64,000 bases of DNA from Narcine bancroftii. Its lineage: Eukaryota. The position numbers and the translations under genes are program-made. This document shows, in pieces, positions 12,670 to 25,243 of this stretch. The notes below the pieces were generated by a model. That model ran no database searches. It saw only the letters and a program-made list of their open reading frames with translations, and had not been told where the DNA came from. Position 1 is the stretch's first letter. Every line of letters starts with the position of its first letter. The DNA lies in NCBI RefSeq assembly GCF_036971445.1, contig NC_091481.1:10540001-10604000 (forward strand), given 5' to 3'.

Positions 12670-14020
12670 ATAAGGAAAGCTAATGCCTCGTATACCAGGC
12701 TGTTTTTCATTGACTTCAGCTCAGCATTCAACACAATTGTACCTCGGAGGCTGGTGGATAAACTGTCATCGCTAGGACTCAACACCCCTCTCTGCAACTG
12801 GATTCTGGAATTCTTGACTGAAAGGCTACAATCAGTCCGGGTTGGTGGCAAAACCTCAAGTTCCATCAAGCTGAGCACTAGCACACCTTGGGGCTGAGTG
12901 CTCAGTCCACTACTGTTCACACTGCTGGCTCACAGCTGCACTGCCAGATTCAGTTTTAATAGAATCAAGTTTGTAGATGATACAACAGTAGTTAGTCTCT
13001 TCGAACAATGATGAGTAGATTTACAGAGAGGAGGTTGGGCAGATCAAAAAGTGGAGTGAGAACAACAACCTGATTCTCAGTATGGACCAGACAAAGGAGA
13101 TGATTGTGGACTTCAGGAGGATGAAGGTCAGCCATTCTATTAACATCAATGATTCCATCATGGAGAGAGTAGAGAGCACAAAGTTCCCCGGTGTGCCTCT
13201 AACACCTCCTCATTAGACAGGAAGGTACAGCAGCATATACACTTCCTAAGGAGGTTGAGGAGGGCAAGACAGCTGGCCCCCACCTTGACAACTTTGTACA
13301 GGAGAACAATTCATCGTGACCTGTCTGGCTGCATCAGTGCATGGTATTGTAGCTCAGAGCACCAAACCAGAAGCCAATACAGAGGATCTTCAAAACAGCC
13401 AAAATGATCAGATTTCAGATTTATTGTCAGAGTACATACATGACATCACATACAACCCTGAGATTTCTTTTTCCTGCAGAATTACCACTAATTGGTAGTG
13501 CAAAAGCTAAACTGTACACAGTGGAAACATGCAAGCAAATAAAAGAACTGTAAACAGATAACGAATGTAAACAAACTGACCATGCAATACAGACAGACCA
13601 CAAAAAAAAAATCAATAAAGGGCACAAATAAGAATCAATAAAGTGAACAAGTAAGAATCAATCACTGGAGTCTCCCTTTCCTCTATTGATGACATTTACC
13701 AGGAGCTTTGCTGAAATATGGTTCAAAGAATTATAGACCTTTCCATCCAGCACACAGCATCTTTGACTCACTGCCATTAAGGAGGAGAAACAGGTGCATC
13801 AAAATCAGGACTGTCAGGCTGGGAAATAGCTTCTTCCCGCAGACAGTGAGATTGATTGATGAACAGTGTCCTGTAACAGAGTACATTATTCCAAATATAA
13901 TTTTTAAAAATTGTATCTTTATCTATATGATTGTTATGTACAGTGCATTGTGTGTACGTACATGCACCATGATCTGGAGAAATACTGTTACAGTCAGATG
14001 AGAATAAACTTGAATTTGAA
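12670..14020 (+). mobile_element. Rex1-type LINE remnant, interrupted at about 13410-13660 by an antisense LINE 3' tail
   Basis: [16 protein letters not shown] and LCNWILEFL in plus frames; inserted tail cagatttcagatttattgtcagagtac also occurs at about 11706 and 59829. Confidence 0.75.
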
Positions 14021-14249
14021 CTATATTTTAATTTTGTAGCTGGGGTGGTTAGTGTTAGTAGGAAATATGTAAACATATATTGTGTGCAGGAGCATCATGA
14101 ATTCTAGAAATTTCTATGCAATGAGTGCTGAGGAATTCTGACAGATGTGAAGATCTTCAATCATTGGAAATATCCAGTAATCTTTGGGCAACTATTGATA
14201 TAAAAATACCCAACACTAATGTGTAGCATTGGCAGATTTTGAGGAAATG

Positions 14250-14762
14250 GTATGGGGATACCAATACCTCTGAGCAGAAGTCTTGCAAAAGGTAGTGGAC
14301 ACAGCCAAGTTCATCTCAAGCAGAATCCTCTCCACCATTGAGAAAATATCCATGGAATGCTATCGTTGGAGAGCAGCAGCAGTCATCAAGGATCCACACT
14401 ACCCACCACATGCTCTGTTCTCACTGCTACCATCAGGAGAGAGATGTAGATGCCACAAGACTGGTACCACCAGGTTTAGGAACAGTTGCTACCCATCCAC
14501 CATCAGAGTGCTAAACAGCAAACTCAATCAGAGACTCATTGATGGACTCTTACTTTACACATTATTTGTAATTGAATATTTTCTGTATTGCGCAATCAGT
14601 TTGTTTGCACTTCCTTTGTTTACATTTCTCTCTTTTGCATACATATCTTTTCTTGGGTACAGTTTTTTTTTTGCACTATTGATAAGTAGAAATTCTGCCC
14701 GGTTTGCAGAAAAAAGAATCTTGGGGCTGTTATGTCCTTTGACAATAAATCTGAATTGAATT
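14250..14762 (+). mobile_element. Rex1-type LINE 3' fragment
   Basis: ORF QKVVDTA..IKDPHYPPHALFSLLPSG..RFRNSCYP; tail aataaatctgaattgaa. Confidence 0.8.
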
Positions 14763-15871
14763 TTTCATGGCTAGTAATTAAGAAATAGAAACTTGAATAT
14801 TTCCATTCATAACCCCAACATCACTCATGGAGTGAAACAGGCCCTTTGGCCTACCACATCTATACTAATCTTTTTATCCATATGCACTAATCCTCATTTG
14901 CACACATTCAAAATTCAAGATTCAATTTATTATCACAGTAATAGAACAGTGTCATATTACATGAAATTTATTTTTGCCTGGTGGAAGGCAGACACTGGCA
15001 GGAATTGCCTAAGTGCCTCTTACAGTTCTTACAGTCAGAGACAGATACAAAAGAGAGTCCGCCCAGAGTCATTGAGTGTCCATAGATTCGCCCCCAGCAC
15101 TTCTGCAGACCCCGCAGCCACACAGAGTTGAGCCCAAACCATTGGCGACCCGAGTTCCAAATCCGAACCTCCGACACAGTCAGGATCCCTTCAGCGACAT
15201 TGGCACCTCCTTGCATCCAGGTTCAGATATCTGGTACCCCTCCAGCCAATTCGAGCCAGTCTCCAGCAGTCCACAGCCCAGCGTGAGTCTTGATAGCAGT
15301 CTCTAGCAGCCCACAGCTTCCTCGGGTTCCTCATCTCAAATCTCCAGCACACCCCTGCATGCACTAGTCCCTCGTCCGCAGAGCCCCCTCATCGTTCTGT
15401 CACCATGGTCATCGTCTCCACAGGTCATCTCCTCTGCTTCTCCTCATATGGTTGTGTGATCTTCTCATTCTTTGGTGCCCTGCTCCAGTCCTCCACTTCC
15501 CGAGTTTTCAGCCCCTTGTGGCTGCTGCCGATTAATAGCTTCCGCCATCTCAGGCACAGACCGCGCTTGTGGGATTTCAAACCTCAACGGGCCGTTCAAA
15601 TCCTGTTCGGAGTCGATGGCACTTGACTGGGCAGCTGGACCCTGCGGGAGCACTGAATCTCCACTCCCCGTGGGTCTGCACCAGTGGCAGTGCTGCCACT
15701 ACAGTGGCTCCATCAGCACCATCATCTTTACATTATTACTTCCTTTTCACTTCCATGCCTTGCTTTGTTAAGTGCCACCTCAGTGCAGTAATAATATCTG
15801 ATTGCACCACCTCATCTGGCAGCACATTACAGATATCAACCACCTTCTGTGTAAAAGAACTTGACTCAAAT

Positions 15872-16047
15872 TGTAGCACGAATAAAAGCTCTCACAACTG
15901 GAGGGAGAACAAACCTTTTTATTAGCTTCTAACTATGGGTAGGATTTTACAGTAGTCTTCGGAAGGGTTCTGGGTTTAGCCCAAGGTTATTTGTGAGCAG
16001 ATGGGGACAGAACCAGCCATCAGCACAACACACTGCAAGTGACTGCA
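15872..16047 (-). mobile_element. Solo LTR of the same Gypsy family as 40426-41542
   Basis: Starts TGTAG; shares caactggagggagaac...ttttattagctt...gggttctgggtttag with the 40426 LTR. Confidence 0.65.
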
Positions 16048-17120
16048 CAGTTTCCCTTAAATCCCCAGAGATCACCTTAAACATGTGTTTTGGTGCTGAG
16101 ATGCTTATCAGAAAGAACAGAAAAGGGTTCTTTAATTGGCACTTACCTGATTGAGGTAAGTGGTTTTTGAGAAAATATTTTTTGACTATGTACCCAATCT
16201 ATGCTTCTCAAATCTATCAAAGATTTGTTGTCTTTGACTAAATTATTAATGCCTGAAAATAGTCTCTGCATCACTGCATGTGCGGTTACTACAGCTCGCT
16301 GCTCATACAATAAACATTTTTGGTGAGAAAATAACAAGCCGTTGTGTTCACTGTTGTCACATGTTTTGTAGGATCTCCTTCAGCCAGCTGTTTTGTGCTT
16401 CCTGAACAGTTCTCAAAGACAGCAGATGGTTCTTCCTTGATGCAAGAACTCTTTTCCATTTTTTTCTTCTTCAGTTATGAATTATTTTAGTTTGGTGTTC
16501 AGTAAGAAATCAATAGTAAATATGCATGGTGGGCTATGTTGATCTAGAGATCATTTTTAGGGGATCCATCTCTCCCGCCCAGTGCAAAAGGGAACTGGCC
16601 GCTCTGTATTGAGCCGATTAATTGCGGCAACAGTTTATGCTCCTTGATTGTCAAGTTTGTTCTTAATTCTTGACCAAATCTGGGCACTGTGCCCAAACAA
16701 AGATTTAGGTGAAAGTGTAACTGAAATTCACAAAGACATTGATGTCTGAGGATTCAACTGCTAAATTATGAAGTTGCACATTGTGTGTGTGTGCACTTTT
16801 TTGTATTACACTACTAACTCTCTCCATGTCTGATCATTCTCCTGACACACTTTCTTTCTCAGGGCCCATGTTTGTTGGTGAAAGTGGTATCAGAAGTTAC
16901 TTGTGTATGAGTGGAGCCTGGATAGTCTTTCTTCCACATCACGGTAAACATCCACAATTCAGCTTCCTGAATCTCTGGATTATCAAAGCAACAAGCCCAT
17001 TTAGCAGATGCTGTAATGCTTTGCACAATGTATCAGTACATTCAAAATTATGCCTGCACCTAAAATCTAAATTTCCATTCCCTGTCACTAATCTCTGACC
17101 TCATACATTGTTTACTTACA

Positions 17121-17906
17121 CAGGTTGAATACCCTTTATCCAAATACCTGAAATCCAAAACGATCCAAAAACTGAATTTTTTTTCATCCATCGTCCAAGG
17201 TAATACGTAATAAATTAGAGAGTGTGACGTAGCAGACATAAGAAGTGTAGATTTTTCAATATATGTCTACTTCTGTTAATTCGTGCATATGTAAATATTT
17301 GTACAGGTACACTATCCTTTATCCGGACATCTAAAATCCGGAAAGCTCCAAAATCCGGCAAGTGGGGAAGGAGACCGGTAGAGCGAGTGGGAGGCCGAGA
17401 GAGACCAGTAGAGTGAGTCAGGCAGGCGAGGGGGCGAGACCGGCAGCGTGAGTCAGACGGGCGAGAGACCAGCAGCGCAAGTCAAGCAGCTGGGGAGGGG
17501 GAGACTAGCAGCACGAGTCGGGCGGGCGAGGGACTGGCAGCGTGAGTCAGGCGGGCGAGGGACTGGCAGCGCGAGTCGGGTGGGCGAGGGACTGGCAGCG
17601 TGAGTTGGGTGGGTGAGGGGGGTGGGGGGAGACAGCAGGGCGACTGGAAGGGGGTGGGGGTGGATACGGCAGCACAATTTGGGTGGGTTTATATCTGGCT
17701 TTCCAAATTTCAGAAAAATCCAAAATTCGGAACACATTATCTCCTAAGGGTTCCAAATAAAGGATCGTGTATCTGTATTGTAATAAGTATGCATGTACCT
17801 TTAAGTCTGAGTGAATGAGTGCATTTTTTAAATGGTGTTCCAAAATCCAAAAAAATCCAAAATCCGAAATACTTCTGGTCCCAGGCATTTTGGATAATTC
17901 AACCTG
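17121..17906. mobile_element. Tc1/Tigger-like MITE with a second MITE nested at 17304-17775
   Basis: Outer TIR CAGGTTGAAT...ATTCAACCTG; inner TA|CAGGTACAC...GTGTATCTG|TA. Confidence 0.75.
17375..17665 (+). repeat. GC-rich tandem repeat of about 24-28 bp (ggcagcgtgagtcgggcgggcgagggact) inside the inner MITE
   Basis: About 8-9 visible diverged units. Confidence 0.75.
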
Positions 17907-19082
17907 TAGTGATTTTCTAATGGGATTGTACAAAATTCTGCTCTTTGCTTGCCTGAAAAAAAAAACCCCAGATCTTCTACATCCTCCCTACAATGTAGCA
18001 ATCAGATCTGCACATTATACTCCAAATGTAGCCCAATTAGGATTAGACAGCTGAAACATGACTTCCCAACTACTAAACTCAATGCCTTGACCAATGAAGG
18101 AAAGCAGAGTGCAAGCCTCTTGTGCTTCCACTTTAAGGAACTTGAACCATATGACTGATCATCAATGCAACAAAGGGCATGTCATTTACTATGCACTTTC
18201 TTTTTACGTTTGACAAGTGCAATGCCTCACACTTTTCCAGATTAAGTTGCATCTGCCATTTCTCTACCTACATTTCCAAATGGCCTATTTTCCGCTGAAA
18301 TCTTTGACAATCTTCGCCACTCTCCATAACTCCACCAATTTTTCCATCAGCAAACTTGCTAATCAGCCCACTTACATTTTCATCCAAATCATTAATATAC
18401 ATCATAGGCAACAAAGGTTTCAGCACAGATCCCTGCAGAGAACCACTGGTCCAAGATGTCTAGTTGGAATAACACCATTTGTGCTATGAGCGTGGAGAAA
18501 AGGACAATCCAAATCATTCAAGGAAAAAGGTTAACAAACATTTCTCCAATGCAAGGGTTTGTAGAAATATAACTCACTAACAAAACATGCCAGTTCAATT
18601 AGTGTTTGGAAGTAATAGTTGGTAGATTTTTGCTGGACAAACGTATTAAAGAATGTACAGTTGAGTGAGGTGGAAAGGGTTCCGATACAGATTAGACTAA
18701 TTTTACTGAATAAGATAAGTCTTGAATTTTTGGGCAAAAAAAAACAATCAGCTGGAGGAACTCAGCAGGTCTGACCTGAAACAACTTCTACTGATACCGA
18801 GTTCCTTCAGCAGATTGAACATAATTTGTACCCGATCTGCAGCTGAACTGTGAACTCTGATGTGGTGTGTACAACAAATGAATTTCTTGCTCAACAGGGA
18901 AGGTAGGATGCCAATGGATAATTAACATACTTCTACATTATCACCAGCAAATGCCACCTCCTGCCTTGGAGTTCATTTTGCATTATGTCTCATTAGTTCC
19001 CTCCTTGTTCCTTTTTTAGGACTTTGATGAAGTCTCATTTGAACTGAGAGCATAACAGAAGAACAATAACAAGCTTGCAAAG

Positions 19083-20218
19083 ATGGGCAACACAACACAT
19101 ATTCCACAAGTACATTAATTCAATGGCAAGCCATGGTGCTTTCTGAAATTGCTTCTCATTTTAGCCCTTTCACTGTTTACCCTATGCACACTTTGGCCTA
19201 TGCTCTATTACAAAGAAAGTTAAAAGTCAATCTTATTTGGGAGGAATACTTTCAATCAGATTAAAAATATGACCACCATGGAGAATACCAATGATGTTTC
19301 AAAATGTGTCCCAGAATGAAGACTATGAATTATTCAAGGCCATTAGATCGTCCAAAGGCTTATGGACAATTTCCCCAGTTGGGAGGCTTGGTAATCAGAT
19401 GGGACAATATGCAACTTTATTTGCTTTGGCCAGATTAAACTCAAAGCAAGCCTACATTTTCCCAGCAATGGCAAATTACCTGTCTCAGAACTTCAAGATT
19501 ACACTTTCTACTCTCCATCAAGAGGTTAAAGACAAGATTCCTTGGAAAAACTATCATCTTTCTGACTGGATGGAAGAAAAGTATAAACATATCTCAGGAG
19601 ATTATATTAAATTCTCAGGATATCCATCTTCTTGGACTTTCTATCACCACATCTGGGAAGAAATCCTTTGTGAATTTTCTTTTCATGAGTTCACCACAAA
19701 GGAAGTCACCTTGTATTTACAGAAGATTACAGCACGACGTCAAAATATTACATACATTGGCATCCATGTTTGGAGAGGAGATTACTTGCATGTTATGCCC
19801 CAGAAGTGGAAAGGTGTGATTGGAGATTTTAAAAAACTACTTGGCACAGGCCATGTCCTACTTCAGGAATAAATACAAGGATGCTTTCTTCATAGTGGTA
19901 AGCAATGGAATTGACAGGTGTAGTGAGAATATAGATGCCTCCAAAGGGGATGTCTACTTCTCAGGAGATGGGAATGAATCAAAGCCACATAGAGACTTTG
20001 CCATTCTTGCTCACTGCAACCACATCATAATGACCATTGGCACATTCGGATTCTGGGCTGCTTACCTAGCTGGTGGGAAGGCTGTCTACCTTTCAAACTT
20101 CACTTTGCCCAGCTCACCCTTCTTAAATGTGTTTAAATATGAGGCTACTTACCGGCCAGAATGGATTGGAATTGATGCCAATCTTTCACCTCTTCTAGTC
20201 AAGACACTTAAAATTTGA
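19083..20218 (+). pseudogene. Galactoside alpha-1,2-fucosyltransferase (GT11, FUT1/FUT2/Sec1-like) pseudogene, single coding exon
   Basis: Type II TM LKLLLILALSLFTLCTLW; motifs GRLGNQMGQYA, HV(W)RGD and [11 protein letters not shown]; in-frame TAA at 19116 and 19221; frameshifts near 19300 and 19830; acceptor cttttttag at 19019; AATAAA at 20274. Confidence 0.88.
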
Positions 20219-21071
20219 AAAACGGCATTTTGGATGGACTCTGTTGTTTCATCTAAAGAACAGACAAGTTTAAAATAAAACTCAATGAAATTTATGCCTC
20301 CCCTCTCCTGTTCACCTATTATGGCATTTTTGAGTTTACCAGTCAATCTGATATGTTATACCAAATATTTACCATTTTGCATTCTTGGTGCATTTTTAAT
20401 CTACGGTAAATATATTACTTACTTTCTCTGTTTAGGTCACCTGATCGTAATTTCTCATTTAGCTCTGAAGCTATAATTTTCCTCTGTCATGTAATACTTC
20501 GATGACATCTTGCGGTGACCTCTTTGTTGCTGGTGATTTAGGATCACAGAATCGTTGACCAATCAGCCATCTATATCAGTACCAATTCTTTAAGTGGCTT
20601 TCCAATTACTCCCACATTCCTGCTCCTTCCTAATAGCCTAAAAATTGATTCCATAAGTATTTATCCAAATCCCCATTTAAGAATGTCTTCAGTCACTTAT
20701 TCAAATGGTGCATTCCAGTTTCTAACAATTTGGTGAATTAAAATATACCCCACTCTAAGTCTGGTCTCCTTTGCAGATCCATATCCTTTGGTTAATAACT
20801 CTCCCTAGAATTTCTCTCTATCAAAATCATATTATAATATTGAGCATCTCTATTCAATCAATCCTCAATTTCTTATGCTTTAAGAATAACTCAGCTTTGG
20901 CAGTCTCATCCCTGGTACTAATCTGTTAAATTTCATTGGGACTCTCACCAAACCCTTGGCATCATTCCTAAAATGTCAACTCCAAAACTGAAACTAATTC
21001 ATCAGCTGACCAGTAATTTTTTTCTCATGATTAGACTTAGTTCTGTTCCCCTCCCCAACTCACCAAAACCT

Positions 21072-21354
21072 GTATGAGTGACCCCTGCGTTATAGCTGTT
21101 CACATTACAAAAATGCACCATTACTTAATTCACTACTCAAAAACTTGAGATGCATAACAAAGCTCACACTTACATAATTTATGTGGGGGGGAAAAAAGGC
21201 AAATAAACACAAATTTTTATTTATGGTTCATGCACCAATGACATGGTTTCATGTCATAGAAAATGGAGTGTTTTCTAACAACTGCAATGTTCCCAAATCA
21301 CAGCAACTCCACCCCCCCCCCCCCCCACCACCATTTTAACAGGGGTCACATGTA
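21072..21354. mobile_element. Tc1/Tigger-like MITE (decayed)
   Basis: Imperfect TIR gtgacccctgcgtta ... taacaggggtcac. Confidence 0.5.
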
Positions 21355-21996
21355 TGGCTATTTTCTGAGGTTGAAAACTATCTAGTTCTTTTCAGTCCCA
21401 ACCTTAAAAGCAGAATTGACTAAATATGTAGCCACAGCAGGTAAACTAATTTTTTGCTCAAAGTAATACATGCATTTTTTTTCTTCTTTGTTATTGTGCA
21501 GGCAAATGTTTTAGTTATTCCATGCATTGTAAAGTATCCCATTGTGCTGCACAGTTGAATTCATAAAAAGAGCAATCTGCATGTACAAGGTGGAAATGCA
21601 AGGGTGTTACATGAATAACTAGGTGCTGTTAGCAACATTGGCTGAGAACTTGATTGAATGGATGAATTTTGAGTCCTTTCTTAAAACTGGAGAGAGACAT
21701 CAATAGATAGTAAAGAAACTAGTCTTGGGAAATACATCAATCAACTATTTAGGATGTTGTTGAATTTTAATTTCACCATCAATATCTGCCTTTATCGAGA
21801 GATTGAAAAGAATACTTGAAGATCAGGACCTCAGACCTGATGCTAAACTCATGGTGTACCTCACAGCAATGATTCCTGCCCTGCTACATTTTCCAAGATC
21901 TAGACTACATCTCCAGGCAGTGAAAGAAATATCACCAACAATATCTCTGCAAAGTCTTCCAAATTTAGTGAAAGGATAGAAGTAAAACATGAAGGT

Positions 21997-22115
21997 AATA
22001 CCTTGATGAAGGGCTCAAGCCCAAAATATTAGTTATTTTTCTTTATCTTTACTATATAAAGTTATAAAGTATACTGTTTGACCTGATGAGTTTCTCCAGC
22101 ATTGTAGTTTTACTT
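21997..22115 (+). mobile_element. Penelope-derived terminal repeat with hammerhead-like core
   Basis: atacc TTGATGA AGGGCTCAAGCCC aaaat followed by the family hairpin arm. Confidence 0.6.
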
Positions 22116-23784
22116 TTTAGTGAAAGGATAAGTCAACTATTGTCAATGTTAATTCTCGGGTTAACATCCTGATTATTAAGCCCAAATTACATTCAGTCAG
22201 CTACATTGGGGAAGCTATATTGCTCACCAAATATACCTGACTACTGAAATGGATGCTTTATTCCAAGCTCATATTACCAGATGAACACAGGAAAACCAAT
22301 GGGGATCAGAGTAAAATTTTGGTTTAAGGTAGTGACAGAATTTACTTCCAGGGCTATTGTTATTATTACCTTTATAGTTATTATTATTTTCTTGGTTAAG
22401 AGGAATAACTTTTTTCAGTTGAACATATAGGGCCACTGGAAAGACAGCACTAATTGTACATGAATTAAGAAGGTGATGGTGGGCCTGTGCCAATGGAGGA
22501 ACTTTCATTACAAAGAGCAAAATTAACTTAAAGATTGATTTGTAATTTACTTTGTTGACTTTCAACTAATACATGTTATCAATTCAAGCCTGACTTTGTG
22601 AATCAAATCTTCATTTTGAAAACCAAAAGATTCATAATATTTAATACACAAAAGCAAGGAGATCTCAACCCATGCTCTTGGGTCATATTATCTTAAAATA
22701 TTCTGAACAGTATTGGCAAATGCCAGATAATACATAATTTTAATCAAACTTTTTTTCTGTTTAGAATAGATGGTCTTTGGGCAGAGGAATAAGTGAGAAG
22801 ACTTCCTCCATGTATTCATTCTCGGGTTGTGGGCATCATTGTCAACACCAACATTCATTGTCCATTCTTGAATTGAGGGGACAATAAAGAGTTAATCCAA
22901 TTGGTAGGGTTTAGCCCATATTTAAACTAGACTAAGTAAATGTGGCAGATTTCCTTTCAATTTCATGGTCTATTTTTTTCCAGATTTATTTAATTATTGA
23001 TCTGAGTTTAATTTCTCCAGCTGTCTTGGTGTAATTTGAACGCCTATTGCAAGATCATGTCTCTTGGTACAAGAGCAGTAACAAGAACATCACTGATGAC
23101 GCTAAGATTTCTCATACAGTGCCAGCTAAATTGGAGAAGCGAACATCCATAGCATCCAAGATAGTGTAATGGTATTTTTGTGGCTGCATACTTAACACAA
23201 TTGCTTCCAACAGGATTAATACAAGATTCCCTGTTTTTTGTGGTCACAAATGAAAAGAATATGAAGATTAATGAATGCAATGCAGCAATTGGTCTTTTTT
23301 TTACACTATTTTGTGTCCTTAACATTCAGAAATTACAGAGTATGGGTGAAGACATGGGAATGTTTAGTGACAGAAGGAATCCATTATAATCACCAACAAA
23401 GAGATGATGATTCAGGGTTCCCAAAGGGCCTCGGGTATTAACAGCTTCATTGGGAACTAGGAGCAAGCAACTCAAGTTCACCACTGGAACAAACATGATG
23501 TCGTCCAGCTCAGGAGGTTATGAAAGTGCAGAAGACAGTGGCATCAGAGGAGGCAGGATCCAGACACACTCGATGTCTCTGAAGGGACTCTTTTTTTCTT
23601 TCTCTTCACGCTTGGGGGACCAGAGTAGTGATGTCTCTTTATTTGCATTTACAGGCAAACAAAACATATTTTGTGTATTGTTTACAATGATCTGACATGA
23701 TTTTTTTATGATGGTTTGAATTGGTACTGTACTTAGAATTTTGGCTGGGCGAGGCTATGATGTTCAGTGTCTCCCGAAAGCATT

Positions 23785-24050
23785 GTCAGTCCCCACACTG
23801 ATCCCACTGCCCTGCTATCTTCCCACAGGCCTGTGTCAGTCCCCACACTGATCCCACTCTCTCCCGACAGCCCCATGTCAGTCCCCACACTGATCCCACT
23901 CCCCTGCTCTCTACCCACAGCCCCATGTCAGTCCCCACATTGATCCCTCTGCCCCACTCTCTCCCAACACCCCCATGTCGGCCCCCACACTGATCCACTG
24001 TCCCGCTCTCTCCCACGACCCCGTGTCGGTCCCCACACTGATCCTACTGC
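23785..24050 (+). repeat. Tandem repeat of about 42-50 bp (gtcagtccccacactgatcccact...) inside a Tigger-like MITE remnant ending at about 24129
   Basis: Six visible units; right terminus aagttgaggactacctgta. Confidence 0.8.
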
Positions 24051-24491
24051 CCTTTTTCGACATTGTTTGTTCTACTTATGATGAGAGTGCTGGAACATAA
24101 CCCCATCATAAGTTGAGGACTACCTGTATATGACAATAAAGGAACCTTGAACTTGATATATATCATGTACATAATCAAAGATACTATCAAGCATTACCTA
24201 ATCCATCAATAACTTGATCATAATAACATTGATGTTGTGCTGATCTATATATTCCTATCTTGAAAAAAACTAAACCCTTCCTACCTCGTAACCCTCTATT
24301 TTTTCATCCATGTTCCTGTCCAAGAGTCTTTTAAATGTCCCTAATGTTTCAGCTTCCAACACCACTCCTGACAAGGCATTTCAGGCTCCCACAACTCACT
24401 GTGTAATAAACTTACCCCTAATGGTTTCCCTAAACTTTCCTCCATTCAATTTGTATAGATGTCCTCTGGTGTTTGCTACTCCTGCCCTAAC

Positions 24492-25243
24492 TCTTTCTTT
24501 GGCTTGGCTTCGCGGACGAAGATTTATGGAGGGGGTAAAAAAAGTCCACGTCAGCTGCAGGCTCGTTTGTGGCTGACCAGTCCGATGCGGGACAGGCAGA
24601 CACGATTGCAGCGGTTGCAAGGGAAAATTGGTTGGTTGGGGTTGGGTGTTGGGTTTTTCCTCCTTTGCCTTTTGTCAGTGAGGTGGGCTCTGCGGTCTTC
24701 TTCAAAGGAGGCTGCTGCCCGCCAAACTGTGAGGCGCCAAGATGCACGGTTTGAGGCGTTATCAGCCCACTGGCGGTGGTCAATGTGGCAGGCACCAAGA
24801 GATTTCTTTAGGCAGTCCTTGTACCTTTTCTTTGGTGCACCTCTGTCACGGTGGCCAGTGGAGAGCTCGCCATATAATACGATCTTGGGAAGGCGATGGT
24901 CCTCCATTCTGGAGACGTGACCCATCCAGCGCAGCTGGATCTTCAGCAGCGTGGACTCGATGCTGTCGACCTCTGCCATCTCGAGTACCTCGACGTTAGG
25001 GGTGTGAGCGCTCCAATGGATGTTGAGGATGGAGCAGAGACAACGCTGGTGGAAGCGTTCTAGGAGCCGTAGGTGGTGCCGGTAGAGGACCAATGATTCG
25101 GAGCCGAACAGGAGTGTGGGTATGACAACGGCTCTGTATACGCTTATCTTTGTGAGGTTTTTCAGTTGGTTGTTTTTCCAGACTCTTTTGTGTAGTCTTC
25201 CAAAGGCGCTATTTGCCTTGGCGAGTCTGTTGTCTATCTCATT
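24492..25243 (-). mobile_element. RTE-clade LINE, 5'-truncated and well preserved
   Basis: EIDNRLAKANSAFGRL..LRWMGHVSRMEDHRLPKIVLYGEL..CNRCNRVCLSRIGLVSH; 3' end cgcgaagccaagccaaagaaaga. Confidence 0.9.

Noticed and set aside
14907-15725. Cluster of 60-118 aa ORFs
   Set aside because: Begins with a LINE-like antisense tail (attcaagattcaatttatt); most likely a retroelement remnant whose family I could not assign.
19291-20218. Functional FUT via programmed frameshift at TTTTAAAAAA
   Set aside because: Additional stops, a second frameshift and the Arg-to-Trp motif change indicate decay.
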